Virus record (IMG/VR): IMGVR_UViG_3300003690_002543
DNA: 64,000 bases
Strand: one strand, 5' to 3'
Source of the DNA: an uncultured virus (IMG/VR IMGVR_UViG_3300003690_002543)
Lineage: Duplodnaviria; Heunggongvirae; Uroviricota; Caudoviricetes
The notes below the pieces were generated by a model. It did no database searches. It was not told the DNA's origin and saw only the letters and a program-made list of their open reading frames with translations. Below are positions 29,656 through 39,368 of the stretch, piece by piece. Every line of letters begins with the position of its first letter. The first letter of the stretch is position 1. A program made the translations under genes and the position numbers.

Positions 29656-31236
29656 ATGAAAAAGTTCTACGAGCGAAATAATTATGTACTTAATAGTGAT
29701 GTAAATGTATTATTCGAAGAACTTTTAATCATGACTCCTGTTGAGTTCGAGGAGTGGGTCATCCGTATGCGGAGAGAGATAACTACCTCGTGGGATGCAT
29801 ACGGATGCCCTCCTCGAACCGGGAAAAAGGAAAAAGAAATTATAGATTCTTTTAATCGATTGGGTGAATATCCAGTTCATTTGTTTACACATACGGATGA
29901 ATTATCTGATATTGAGGGTGATGTAATAATTAATAAGTCCCGCGCAGGTGTAGAAGTTGATCAATGGTTTTCAAATATGTTTAAAACCCGTATTAACTAT
30001 AATGATAAAGATGATGGATATTCAATTTATGATTTGGTTGCAAATGATGATTATTTAGATCGTGTTGTACGAGGCGCAGCACGACATCTTCGTCGTGATT
30101 CTTTTTATAGCCATGCTCTTTCTGCAATAAAGAATAGTAAAAAATATTCTATTGTAGATGTGAATAGTGGGGACGAATGGTTAGAAGTTTATTTCGATCA
30201 TCCCGAATTATTTAAAGAACATGATTTTATGCTAGAGGAAGTAAAGATGCGGGAGGGGTTGAATACGGGTTATTTTCAACTCGAACAATCTGAAATTCTT
30301 CAACTCACAAAAGAACAAATGGAACGGTGGAAAGATAAATTATCATATCGACACCATTCTACATTTAATATTAATTCTATGTCTAAGGAGAAACTTTATG
30401 CGATACGAATCTATAGAAAAGGTAATCGTGTATTCCCTGCTGGGTTTAAGTCTTTTAGGATTGGGTATATACAGCCTTCTGTCAATTTTCCCCCTATGAC
30501 AGCAAAGTACTTGTATGAAAGATTTACAAATGATATCAAACAACAAAAACAAATTAAAATCTTTGACCCCAGCGCAGGCTGGGGTGGTAGAATTCTTGGG
30601 GCTATGTGCTGTCGTGATGATAGGAATATTCTTTATGTTGGTACTGATCCCAATCCTGATAATTTCTTCGATGATGGCACTTCTAAATATTCTAGTGTCG
30701 CGGATTTCTATAATAATGAAACCTACCGAGGAAACCCCTTCTTCAGTTCAACAAACAAATACGAAATCTACCAATTAGGTTCAGAGGAGATTCATAAAGA
30801 TGAAAATTTTCAAAAGCATCGGGGATCAATTGATTTGGTATTTACTTCACCTCCTTATTTCAATAGAGAAGCGTATAGTGAAGATGAGAATCAGTCTTAT
30901 AAAAAGTATGGATCGTCGTATAAATCATGGCGAGATGGATTTCTTCGTCCTACCTTGAAAACATGTGTTGATTGGTTGCGACATGAACGTTATCTTTTAT
31001 GGAATATAGCTGATATTAAAATAAAGGGTGGTTATTTACCTCTCGAAGAAGATTCTAAAAAAATTCTTGAGGAACATGGGATGATTTATAAATATACATT
31101 GAAAATGGCATTGGAATCAATGCCCGGACAAAATCGTCTTGATGAAAATGGAATACCTAAATGCAAAAATTACTGCAAGACAAATGAAAGATATATTAAA
31201 TACGAACCCATATTTGTATTCTGGAAACCAAAATGA
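29656..31236 (+). CDS. DNA amino-methyltransferase-like protein (N6A/N4C fold)
   Basis: SAM motif IFDPSAGWGGR, catalytic DLVFTSPPYF, long N-terminal extension. Confidence 0.8.
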   Translation: MKKFYERNNYVLNSDVNVLFEELLIMTPVEFEEWVIRMRREITTSWDAYGCPPRTGKKEKEIIDSFNRLGEYPVHLFTHTDELSDIEGDVIINKSRAGVEVDQWFSNMFKTRINYNDKDDGYSIYDLVANDDYLDRVVRGAARHLRRDSFYSHALSAIKNSKKYSIVDVNSGDEWLEVYFDHPELFKEHDFMLEEVKMREGLNTGYFQLEQSEILQLTKEQMERWKDKLSYRHHSTFNINSMSKEKLYAIRIYRKGNRVFPAGFKSFRIGYIQPSVNFPPMTAKYLYERFTNDIKQQKQIKIFDPSAGWGGRILGAMCCRDDRNILYVGTDPNPDNFFDDGTSKYSSVADFYNNETYRGNPFFSSTNKYEIYQLGSEEIHKDENFQKHRGSIDLVFTSPPYFNREAYSEDENQSYKKYGSSYKSWRDGFLRPTLKTCVDWLRHERYLLWNIADIKIKGGYLPLEEDSKKILEEHGMIYKYTLKMALESMPGQNRLDENGIPKCKNYCKTNERYIKYEPIFVFWKPK

Positions 31237-31916
31237 TTTCTGAAACAGCAGGTATTCTTGAAAACTGGATTGATGATTATATTAAAGCTCTTCAATTAAA
31301 TAATAATGTAATACGAAGAAATATAAAGAGTCTTATAATAACGAACCGTGTTAAATCGAGAGAAGCAAAAAAGATAGCAAATCATTTTCGGGGGTTGCTT
31401 ATTGAAATTGATTTGGTTATTGAGCAAGTTGATGATGATTTAGTTGAGGGATGGGCATATCTTAATATGACAAAACTTCGAAAATTAAGATCTTATCTTG
31501 AAGTAATAGTTAATGAATTTGCTGCAAGAGGAACAATTAAAAGGCAAAAGAAAAAAATTGATCCAGATAAACTGGTTAAATCACTTAAATATTTAGATAG
31601 TTATAGTGGAATTGGTGAAAGTAAAGATCCTAGAGAAATTATTGGGGCTAAAACAGTTGTATTGTATAATACAAAGCAAAAAAAGATTTCTTTTTATTCT
31701 TCTGACATTGGGTTGTCTATAAAGGGTAGCACTTTAAAGAATTTTGATTGTGGTATTATAAAGAATTGCGGCTATAAAGATAATAACTGGATTCAATTAT
31801 TAATACTAGCTCCTTCTTCTAGAATACTTAATGAAATAAATAACATTAGAGCTAAAGAACAAGAGGCTACAGGAAGAATAAATAAAGATACTTTGATTTT
31901 GAGAATTATTCGATGA
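31233..31916 (+). CDS. Conserved T4-like hypothetical protein
   Basis: PREIIGA..YNTK..GLSIKGSTLKNFD..TGRINKDTLIL. Confidence 0.6.
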   Translation: MISETAGILENWIDDYIKALQLNNNVIRRNIKSLIITNRVKSREAKKIANHFRGLLIEIDLVIEQVDDDLVEGWAYLNMTKLRKLRSYLEVIVNEFAARGTIKRQKKKIDPDKLVKSLKYLDSYSGIGESKDPREIIGAKTVVLYNTKQKKISFYSSDIGLSIKGSTLKNFDCGIIKNCGYKDNNWIQLLILAPSSRILNEINNIRAKEQEATGRINKDTLILRIIR

Positions 31917-32239
31917 CAACGATAGTAAATATTCCTTTTAATTCGGGATTTAGATATCGGGGGGAATATGTGCCAGTATTTCCTAGTGGTGAACCTTCTT
32001 CATATTCAACGTCTGATGTAGTTTTATTTGAAGGAAAATTGTTTGTAGCAAATGCTACTATTAGAGGTCATTCTCCGGATACAAATTCAAATTGGATTCC
32101 ATGGGGAAATTCTAGAATTTCTTTTCGTAGTACAGAACCACCAGACCCAAGAGTTGGTGATACATGGTTAAATACTGCCACAGGAAAATTTTATACTTAC
32201 ATGGAAGATGCTGATTCAAAGCAATGGGTTGAACTTTAA
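31913..32239 (+). CDS. Small protein with a carbohydrate-binding-like module and a fibre-type repeat
   Basis: YSTSDVVLFEGKLFVA..PDTNSNW; PPDPRVGDTWLNTATGKFYTY..QWVE. Confidence 0.5.
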   Translation: MTTIVNIPFNSGFRYRGEYVPVFPSGEPSSYSTSDVVLFEGKLFVANATIRGHSPDTNSNWIPWGNSRISFRSTEPPDPRVGDTWLNTATGKFYTYMEDADSKQWVEL

Positions 32240-32256
32240 ATAAAATGAGGTATAAT
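32229..32256 (+). promoter_or_regulatory. Sigma70-type promoter TTGAAC-N16-TATAAT
   Basis: Upstream of the sliding clamp operon. Confidence 0.5.
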
Positions 32257-32265
32257 TATTGAGAA

Positions 32266-32448
32266 ATGAAAAAAGAAAATAATAAGAAGCCCAATAAATG
32301 GGACAATGAAGAACCAAAAATTAAGTTAACGAAGAAGTCCAGAAAAATAAAAAGACATTCTTCAAAAGAAAATTTAAAAGATCTTGCACAAGGAAATTTA
32401 GATTATGATGATTATATGGAAATGGAAGATTGGAGTGATTCGCGGTGA
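32266..32448 (+). CDS. Small basic hypothetical protein
   Basis: 60 aa ORF; its stop overlaps the gp45 start (GTGA). Confidence 0.5.
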   Translation: MKKENNKKPNKWDNEEPKIKLTKKSRKIKRHSSKENLKDLAQGNLDYDDYMEMEDWSDSR

Positions 32449-33116
32449 AATTTAGCAAGCATACATTTGAAGTTCTTAAAAATTTTTCAAATATTAATTC
32501 AAACATTTTAATAAAACCCGGAAATAAGATTTCTACAATTACACCTGCAAAGAATGTGATGGCAGAAGCAGAAGTTTCAGAGGATTTTGATGTTGAATTT
32601 GGGATTTGGGATCTATCCAAGTTTCTTGGAACGATTTCTCTTTTTGAAAATCCAGATTTTGATTTTACAGAAAAATATGTATTGGTTCGTAGCGTTACAG
32701 GTTCATGTGTTAAATATTATTATTCTGAACCGTCTCTTTTGACAGTTCCAACAAAACAATTAGAAATGCCTGATGCGGTTTTAACATTTAATTTGTCAGA
32801 TTCTGTGTTTAATGAAATTCTGCGAGCTGCATCTGTTCTTCAGTTGCCTGATTTAGCAATTCGTTCAATTGGTGGTGCTATTGTTGCGGTGGCTTTGGAT
32901 AAAAATGAACCAACAAGTAATGATTATTCTATTGAACTTGGTATGAATTATACAAATGCTGAATTTGATTTTCATTTTAAGATTGAAAATATGAAATTTA
33001 TTCCGGGTAATTATATTGTAGACATCACAGAAAAGATTGTGAGTAAGTTTAGCAATTTTAATAAGAAAGTAAATTATTGGGTTGCACTTGAGGCAACTAG
33101 CAGCTACACTGGATAA
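32445..33116 (+). CDS. Sliding clamp gp45
   Basis: VLKNFSNINSNI..FGIWDLSKFL..AASVLQLPDL..YWVALE. Confidence 0.93.
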   Translation: MKFSKHTFEVLKNFSNINSNILIKPGNKISTITPAKNVMAEAEVSEDFDVEFGIWDLSKFLGTISLFENPDFDFTEKYVLVRSVTGSCVKYYYSEPSLLTVPTKQLEMPDAVLTFNLSDSVFNEILRAASVLQLPDLAIRSIGGAIVAVALDKNEPTSNDYSIELGMNYTNAEFDFHFKIENMKFIPGNYIVDITEKIVSKFSNFNKKVNYWVALEATSSYTG

Positions 33117-33118
33117 TT

Positions 33119-34051
33119 ATGCAAGGATTATTAGTAGAGAAATATCGTCCTACGACGATTGATGATTGTATTTTACCCAAATCTTTGAAAGAAACATTCA
33201 AGGATATCATAAAAAGTGGTGAGTGTCAGAATTTACTTCTTACGGGAGGTGCTGGTTGTGGTAAGACAAGTGTTGCCCGTGCTCTTTGTAATGAATTGGA
33301 TGCAGATTCAATTCTGATCAATTGTTCTGAAGATGGCAATATTGATACGCTTCGTACCAAGATTCGAACATTTGCAAGTACCGTTTCTATTAGTGGTAAT
33401 AAGAAAGTTGTGATTCTAGATGAGTTTGATTACAGCAATGCTCAGAGCATCCAGCCTGCGCTTCGTGGAGCGATTGAGGAGTTTGCAGCTAACTGTAGGT
33501 TCATTATTACATGTAATTATAAGAATCGTATAATTTCACCAATACATTCTAGGTGTACAAATATTGAGTTTATTATTCCTTCTGAGGAAAAACCTATTCT
33601 TGCAGCTCAGTTTATGAGCCGAGTTCAAGATATATTAGATAAAGAAGGAATTCCTTACGAAGACGCAATTCTTGCACAATTGATTACGAAGTATTTTCCT
33701 GATTTCCGGCGGGTTCTTAATGAACTTCAGCGGTATTCGGTAGCTGGAATTATTGACGTTGGAATTTTGTCTCAGATTGGTGAAGTGCAAGTTAAAGAGC
33801 TTGCTTCTGCTATGAAGGAGAAGAATTTCACGGAGGCTAGGAAGTGGGTTGTTTCTAATCTAGATAATTCACAAACGGAATTGTTCCGAAAAATATACGA
33901 TGGTTTGTATGATTATGTTCAATCTTCGTCTATTCCGCAAGCAATTCTAATCCTAGCCGATTATCAATACAAGGCTGCATTTGTTGCAGATCAAGAAATT
34001 AATCTTACAGCGTGTATTGTCGAACTTATGATGGAATGTCAGTTTAAATGA
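33119..34051 (+). CDS. Clamp loader large subunit gp44
   Basis: VEKYRP, GGAGCGKT, ILDEFD, SRC, FPDFRR. Confidence 0.96.
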   Translation: MQGLLVEKYRPTTIDDCILPKSLKETFKDIIKSGECQNLLLTGGAGCGKTSVARALCNELDADSILINCSEDGNIDTLRTKIRTFASTVSISGNKKVVILDEFDYSNAQSIQPALRGAIEEFAANCRFIITCNYKNRIISPIHSRCTNIEFIIPSEEKPILAAQFMSRVQDILDKEGIPYEDAILAQLITKYFPDFRRVLNELQRYSVAGIIDVGILSQIGEVQVKELASAMKEKNFTEARKWVVSNLDNSQTELFRKIYDGLYDYVQSSSIPQAILILADYQYKAAFVADQEINLTACIVELMMECQFK

Positions 34052-34626
34052 TTGTGGGTGTTGCAGATAATTTAAATATTATTTTTATACACCCACCGAG
34101 AACTGGTGGTACTAGTATTGAATCACAAATCATTGGAAAATTAGATTTTCCAACTAAACATGTTAGAGCTTCTTATTATCCAGATGAAATGTGGAAAAAT
34201 TCTTTTTCATTTGCTACTGTGAGAAATCCTTTTGATATTTTGGTATCTAGGTATAAAACTAGATGGTATGCAGGTGAATCTGGAATTTTTGACGGAGATT
34301 ATATTGATGATAAAAATTTATTTTTGAGGTGGTTAATTGTGTTTTTATACGAAGGTGGTCATCAACCAAATGAACATGGTAAATTTTTAATAGAATATCT
34401 AGATAGAGATGTTGATCTTATAATAAGACATGAAAATAGAAAAGATGATATTGTTAGATTAAATGAGGTTTTTAAAGAGAAAAATATAAATTTGCAAATA
34501 AATTCGGATATTCATATAAGTAAATTTGATGGCTCTGATTATAGAGATTATTATAATGAAGATGCTATAAAGATTGCTTCAGAATTTTATCAAACAGATT
34601 TAGAAAAGTTTAATTATAAATTTTAA
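34048..34626 (+). CDS. Sulfotransferase (family 2-like)
   Basis: 5'-PSB IFIHPPRTGGTSI and 3'-PB FATVRNPFDILVSRY. Confidence 0.8.
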   Translation: MIVGVADNLNIIFIHPPRTGGTSIESQIIGKLDFPTKHVRASYYPDEMWKNSFSFATVRNPFDILVSRYKTRWYAGESGIFDGDYIDDKNLFLRWLIVFLYEGGHQPNEHGKFLIEYLDRDVDLIIRHENRKDDIVRLNEVFKEKNINLQINSDIHISKFDGSDYRDYYNEDAIKIASEFYQTDLEKFNYKF

Positions 34627-34639
34627 GGTAGATTTTTAA

Positions 34640-34933
34640 ATGCGTAAATTTAAAGCATATGGTAATTGGGTTGCAGTTAAGACTGTGTTTAAAGAAGAAC
34701 ATATTTCAGATGAGGGTATTTTATATAAAGATGAAATGCCTGATAATAAAATGGTATGGAGTGATGTGGTTTCTGTTGGTCCTGATGTGACTGAAGATAT
34801 TCTTGTCGGAGATTTGGTTTATTGGCAATATGGAACAGACCCCGGTTGTTTTTATAAACAAGATGATGAAGCGTTAGACCTTGTTCAATTCCACAATCTA
34901 CTTGCAGTAAAGCGCCTTGATGAAACTGAGTGA
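34640..34933 (+). CDS. GroES/Cpn10-like co-chaperonin
   Basis: FKAYGNWVAVK..EGIL..VVSVGPDV..ILVGDLVYW..NLLAV; 97 aa. Confidence 0.7.
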   Translation: MRKFKAYGNWVAVKTVFKEEHISDEGILYKDEMPDNKMVWSDVVSVGPDVTEDILVGDLVYWQYGTDPGCFYKQDDEALDLVQFHNLLAVKRLDETE

Positions 34934-35315
34934 ATATTTAAATGCAATTAATTATACGAAGAAAAATCTTTTAGATACCGATGATGAAAGTGTGGAAAAA
35001 GAGTATACCCCATTTATTATCAACAGGTGTCTTTCTTATTTTATTGATACTATACTTTATGCTAATGAAATGAATCGGTATAATCAGTTATCAAAAAATA
35101 TGCAGTTTGATTATTTACTTAATTCTATTCGTAAAAATAAAAGATATAGTAAATGGCTTAAACGAGAATCAGAAGAAACTTTGGATATAGTAAAAGAATT
35201 TTATGGTTATTCAGATTCTAAAGCAAGAAATATATTAGATATTATATCAGATAAAGATATTGAATGGATGCGTCAAAAATTGGATACGGGAGGTGTGAAG
35301 AAGACAAATAAATAA
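34920..35315 (+). CDS. Clamp loader small subunit gp62
   Basis: YLNAINYTK..YTPFIINRCLSYFIDT..ANEMN..VKEFYGYSDSKA. Confidence 0.93.
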   Translation: MKLSEYLNAINYTKKNLLDTDDESVEKEYTPFIINRCLSYFIDTILYANEMNRYNQLSKNMQFDYLLNSIRKNKRYSKWLKRESEETLDIVKEFYGYSDSKARNILDIISDKDIEWMRQKLDTGGVKKTNK

Positions 35316-35356
35316 ATACTATTGGTTATATGATGTATGAATATGGAGTATTGTAT

Positions 35357-35755
35357 ATGGAAGATATATTTAGTGGATTGGGAGTAGAGATTTCTCTTAA
35401 TGAGAAGGATGATTTTCTTAAAATTCGTGAAACTCTCACACGAATAGGTGTTTCTTCCAGAAAAGAAAAGAAATTATTTCAATCTTGTCATATATTACAC
35501 AAGCGAGGTCGTTATGCTATAATGCATTTTAAAGAATTATTTATATTAGATGGACTTGATTCTGACATTTCTGAAGGTGATATTGCAAGAAGAAATACTA
35601 TTGTTAGTTTATTAGAGGAATGGGATTTGCTTAATATAATTAATTCAGATGTAGTAAACCAACCTCAAGCAAGTCTTGCCCAAATAAAAATAATCCCCTA
35701 TAAGGAAAAAAGTGATTGGGAATTAATTCCTAAATATCATATAGGTAAACGATAA
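35357..35755 (+). CDS. regA: Translational repressor RegA
   Basis: DDFLKIRETLTRIGVSSRKEKKLFQSCHILHKRGRYAIMHFKELF..W.LIPKY.IG. Confidence 0.96.
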   Translation: MEDIFSGLGVEISLNEKDDFLKIRETLTRIGVSSRKEKKLFQSCHILHKRGRYAIMHFKELFILDGLDSDISEGDIARRNTIVSLLEEWDLLNIINSDVVNQPQASLAQIKIIPYKEKSDWELIPKYHIGKR

Positions 35756-36396
35756 TGAATTTTAAAGTGATAAGTTATTATTGTGATATAGATGATTCAA
35801 AATATTATGAAAAATCATATAATAGACTTAAAAATAAATTAGATGAATATGGATATGATTATCATATTGAAGAATTGGAAAGTTTAGGTTCCTATAGAGA
35901 GAATTGTAGAAGAAAACCACAATATATTTTAGATAAAATGTCACAATTTGATGAAGACATTTTATGGCTCGATATTGATACTATACTATTGAATAGAATG
36001 TCAGAGTTAGAATTAATGGATATTGATGTAGATTTACTTTTTGCATCAAGTGTTCCAGAATTAATTGGGATTAAAGCATCTCCCATTTTTTTTAAAAATA
36101 ATCAAAGAGCAAAAGAGTTTTTAAAACATTGGAAAAATCTTATAGATATTTCTAGAGATAATGAACAAGAATGTTTTGATCATGAGGTTTTATTTCAGGT
36201 AGTTATTGATAAAAAAGGTCATTGCAATGTTGGGGCATTAGGATATAATTATTGTACATGGCCTGGATATGAGAATGAGAATACTGTGATTTTGATGGGG
36301 TTGTCTGATGTAGAATCTAAGAAGAATTCTCTTCGTAAGATGGGGTTTGAAGAAGACAAAATTAATGAGCAAAGTATAGGATTATATTATGAATGA
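35755..36396 (+). CDS. Nucleotide-diphospho-sugar transferase-like (GT-A) protein
   Basis: KPQYILD..ILWLDID (DxD)..FLKHW..DHEVL. Confidence 0.6.
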   Translation: MNFKVISYYCDIDDSKYYEKSYNRLKNKLDEYGYDYHIEELESLGSYRENCRRKPQYILDKMSQFDEDILWLDIDTILLNRMSELELMDIDVDLLFASSVPELIGIKASPIFFKNNQRAKEFLKHWKNLIDISRDNEQECFDHEVLFQVVIDKKGHCNVGALGYNYCTWPGYENENTVILMGLSDVESKKNSLRKMGFEEDKINEQSIGLYYE

Positions 36397-37222
36397 ATTA
36401 ATGTGTATTGGTGAACCTTTTAATTATGAGCATTCTTCATGTTCGAATTTAACTCCTACTCTTTTTAATTGGAGTAGGGATAAGGAAAAATGTGATGCTG
36501 TTGTTTGTGTTGACAGTGGTATTGTAGGAATGTTTGAGAGTGACGATATGCCTGAAAAAAGATTTGCATGGTTATGCGAATCTCCAATTGTAATACAAAA
36601 TGTTTATGATATGATACGGGAAAACCATGATGTGCTGTTGGATTATTACATAGCAATGTTTACCTGTGATAAAGAACTTGCAGAGATGGATGAAAGGATT
36701 CATCACATTTATGCTGGAAGTAATTTACCTTGGGTAAAGGATAATGATAGGGAAATTTATGCTAAGACGAAGGATATATCTTTTGTTTCATCAAACAAGA
36801 ATTTTACTGTAGGTCAAAAATTAAGGCACAGTTTGGCAGAAAAGTATAAAGATGAAGTTGATGTTATTGGATCTATTAATGGTGATCGCATAGGAGATAA
36901 TATTTTTGATAAATTAGAAGGATATAAAGATTATAGGTTTACTATTGTAATAGAGAACTGTGTGCAAGATAATTATTTTACAGAAAAAATTACTGATGCA
37001 TTTGCGACAGGAACTATTCCAGTTTATTGGGGAACAGAAAATGTTAAAGAAGTTTTTAATCCAGATGGTATAATTATGTTAACTGATGATTTTGATATTA
37101 GTCAATTAACTCCAGAATTATATGAAGATAAATTTGATGCGGTAAAAGAAAACTTTGAAATAATTAATACAATGGAAATGGCGGATGACGAACTCTATAA
37201 AATTGTACAAACCTATAGTTAA
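36389..37222 (+). CDS. GT10 (fucosyltransferase)-like glycosyltransferase
   Basis: WLCESP..YRFTIVIEN..YFTEKITDAFATGTIPVYWG. Confidence 0.75.
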   Translation: MNELMCIGEPFNYEHSSCSNLTPTLFNWSRDKEKCDAVVCVDSGIVGMFESDDMPEKRFAWLCESPIVIQNVYDMIRENHDVLLDYYIAMFTCDKELAEMDERIHHIYAGSNLPWVKDNDREIYAKTKDISFVSSNKNFTVGQKLRHSLAEKYKDEVDVIGSINGDRIGDNIFDKLEGYKDYRFTIVIENCVQDNYFTEKITDAFATGTIPVYWGTENVKEVFNPDGIIMLTDDFDISQLTPELYEDKFDAVKENFEIINTMEMADDELYKIVQTYS

Positions 37223-38063
37223 AAATGGTAGTTATATTTTTGACAAAAAAATAAAATTTAAATTTCCTGTTGAACTTCATTTTAATAGAATAGAAAATTT
37301 TGATGATGATGATGTGTTTAAGGTTCTTTTTTTGTCTGGAGAATCATGTTTATCTCCTCATAGACAATCTATAGATTCTACTATAGAAAATTCTCATAAG
37401 TATGATCTTATTCTTGCAGCCGATGATGAAATAATTGGGGGTTGAGAAAATACACTTTTTTTTCCTTATGGGGCGACTTGGTTGAATAGAGGAAAATTTG
37501 AAGATAAAGAGGGACTTGGGGAATATTTGGGTAATATAGAACTTGAAAAAAAACCATGTGATGTAAGTTTTTTAGCACATTGGTATCCCATACCCAGAAT
37601 TGGTTATATGCTTAGACAAGAAATTTGGCACAGACAAAATGAAATTCATATACCAAAAAGTTTTTATACCAGTATAAAAAATTTTGAAAATTCACCGAAT
37701 CCTTTACCCGGTGATAAAAAAGAATCTTTGTTTTATTCGTTATTCCATATTTGTGTAGAGAATGTTAGTACTAGGCATTATTTTACAGAAAAAATTATAG
37801 ATCCATTTTTAACTGATACTATTCCTATTTATTGGGGATGTCCTAATATTGGTGATTTTTTTAATTTAGAAGGAATAATATTATTTGAAAATGTAGATGA
37901 TTTGATTGCTAAAGTAAATTCCTTGACAGAAGAAGACTATAGTAGCAAGTTGGATATAATAAGAGAGAATAAAAAAGAAGCAGAAAAATATGCAAATGTT
38001 GATGATAGAATTGCAGATGAAATTAATAAATTTAAACAGGAAAAATTATGCCAAAACAAGTAG
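37185..38063 (+). CDS. GT10-like glycosyltransferase interrupted by an in-frame TGA at 37443-37445
   Basis: ORFs 37185-37445 and 37482-38063 share a frame; read-through gives IIGG*ENTLFFPYGATWL; C-terminal FHICVEN..YFTEKIID..IPIYWG. Confidence 0.7.
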
Positions 38064-38668
38064 ATCAAATTAAATTATCAATTTTGATTTTATCAATACC
38101 TTCTCGTATTTTTAAGTTACAACAATTATTAGAAAAATTGGAATTGCAAATCGATAATGATAGTGTAGAAATTCTTTCTTTTGTGGATAATAAATCATTT
38201 CATATTTATGAAAAAAGAAATGAACTTTTATCTCTAGCAAGAGGGAAGTATCTTTGTTTTTTAGATGATGATGATACTGTTGCAACAGATTTTATACCAT
38301 CTATTTTGGAGGTAATAGAAAAGGATTCTCCGGATGTTGTTTGTTTTCAGCAACACTGTAATTATAATGGATATGAATATGATGTTATTTTTGATATTAA
38401 ACACAATTGGGAACCAATGGATCAGCTTCAATATAATGGACATGGGTTTAATGATTTAAAACGACCACCATTTCATATGTGCCCTTGGAAAGCTATACTT
38501 GCTCAATCTGAAGAATTTAGAGAAAATTATGATGCAAATGGACAATCATGTGAAGATGCAGATTGGTTACGTAGATTGTATCCAAAAGTAAAAAAACAAA
38601 TTTATATTAATAAACCTCTGCATTTTTATCATTATTCTTCTCAAGAAACGGAGTCGATTGTAAAATGA
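38048..38668 (+). CDS. GT2 glycosyltransferase
   Basis: LSILILS..KRNELL..ARGKYLCFLDDDD..EDADW. Confidence 0.8.
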   Translation: MPKQVDQIKLSILILSIPSRIFKLQQLLEKLELQIDNDSVEILSFVDNKSFHIYEKRNELLSLARGKYLCFLDDDDTVATDFIPSILEVIEKDSPDVVCFQQHCNYNGYEYDVIFDIKHNWEPMDQLQYNGHGFNDLKRPPFHMCPWKAILAQSEEFRENYDANGQSCEDADWLRRLYPKVKKQIYINKPLHFYHYSSQETESIVK

Positions 38669-39345
38669 AATTGATTACTTTTTCTTTATGGGGAGACAAT
38701 CCAATTTATACAATTGGAGCTATTAGAAATGCTGAAATTGCAAAGGAATTGTTTCCTGAATGGACATGTAGATTTTACATTGCAAATTCAGTACCGGCAG
38801 ATATAATTTTCAAATTACAAGAACTTGGTTCGGAGTTAATTTTTAAAGATTCTGAAGGAACAACAAATTCTATGTTTTGGAGATTTGAACCTGCTACTGA
38901 TGAAACTATAGATGCAATGATTGTTCGGGATACAGATTCTAGATTGGGTATCAGAGAAAAATTAGCAGTAGATGAATGGCTTCTTTCTGGTAAAAAACTT
39001 CATGTTATGCGAGATCATCCTTATCATCGGGCTCCTATGTTGGGAGGAATGTGGGGATGTCGTCCTGTTTTGTTGCCTGATTTACAGAATTTGATTGATA
39101 AACATATAGAAACTAATGAAGACAAAAAGGGATCAGATCAATATTTTTTATGGTCTATTTTTCCAATATTTGAAGGTGATAGGTTTGTTCATGATCCTCT
39201 TTTTGAAAATAAACCTTTTCCAATAGATAGAGATGACGATCCAATGGTTAAATTTATTGGTCAGGTTTTTGATGAAAATGATAATTATGCTGGTGACTGG
39301 GAAAATGATTTATCTGTATTAGCAGAATTTTATGCTCAACGGTAA
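38665..39345 (+). CDS. Conserved glycosyltransferase-like protein
   Basis: FSLWG..MFWRF..IVRDTDSRL..MRDHPYH..MLGGMWG. Confidence 0.55.
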   Translation: MKLITFSLWGDNPIYTIGAIRNAEIAKELFPEWTCRFYIANSVPADIIFKLQELGSELIFKDSEGTTNSMFWRFEPATDETIDAMIVRDTDSRLGIREKLAVDEWLLSGKKLHVMRDHPYHRAPMLGGMWGCRPVLLPDLQNLIDKHIETNEDKKGSDQYFLWSIFPIFEGDRFVHDPLFENKPFPIDRDDDPMVKFIGQVFDENDNYAGDWENDLSVLAEFYAQR

Positions 39346-39368
39346 ATTACTTATATACGAGGTTTAAA

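Noticed and set aside
37443..37445. Genome-wide stop codon reassignment
   Set aside because: TGA, TAG and TAA all end conserved genes at expected positions and coding density is high under the standard code
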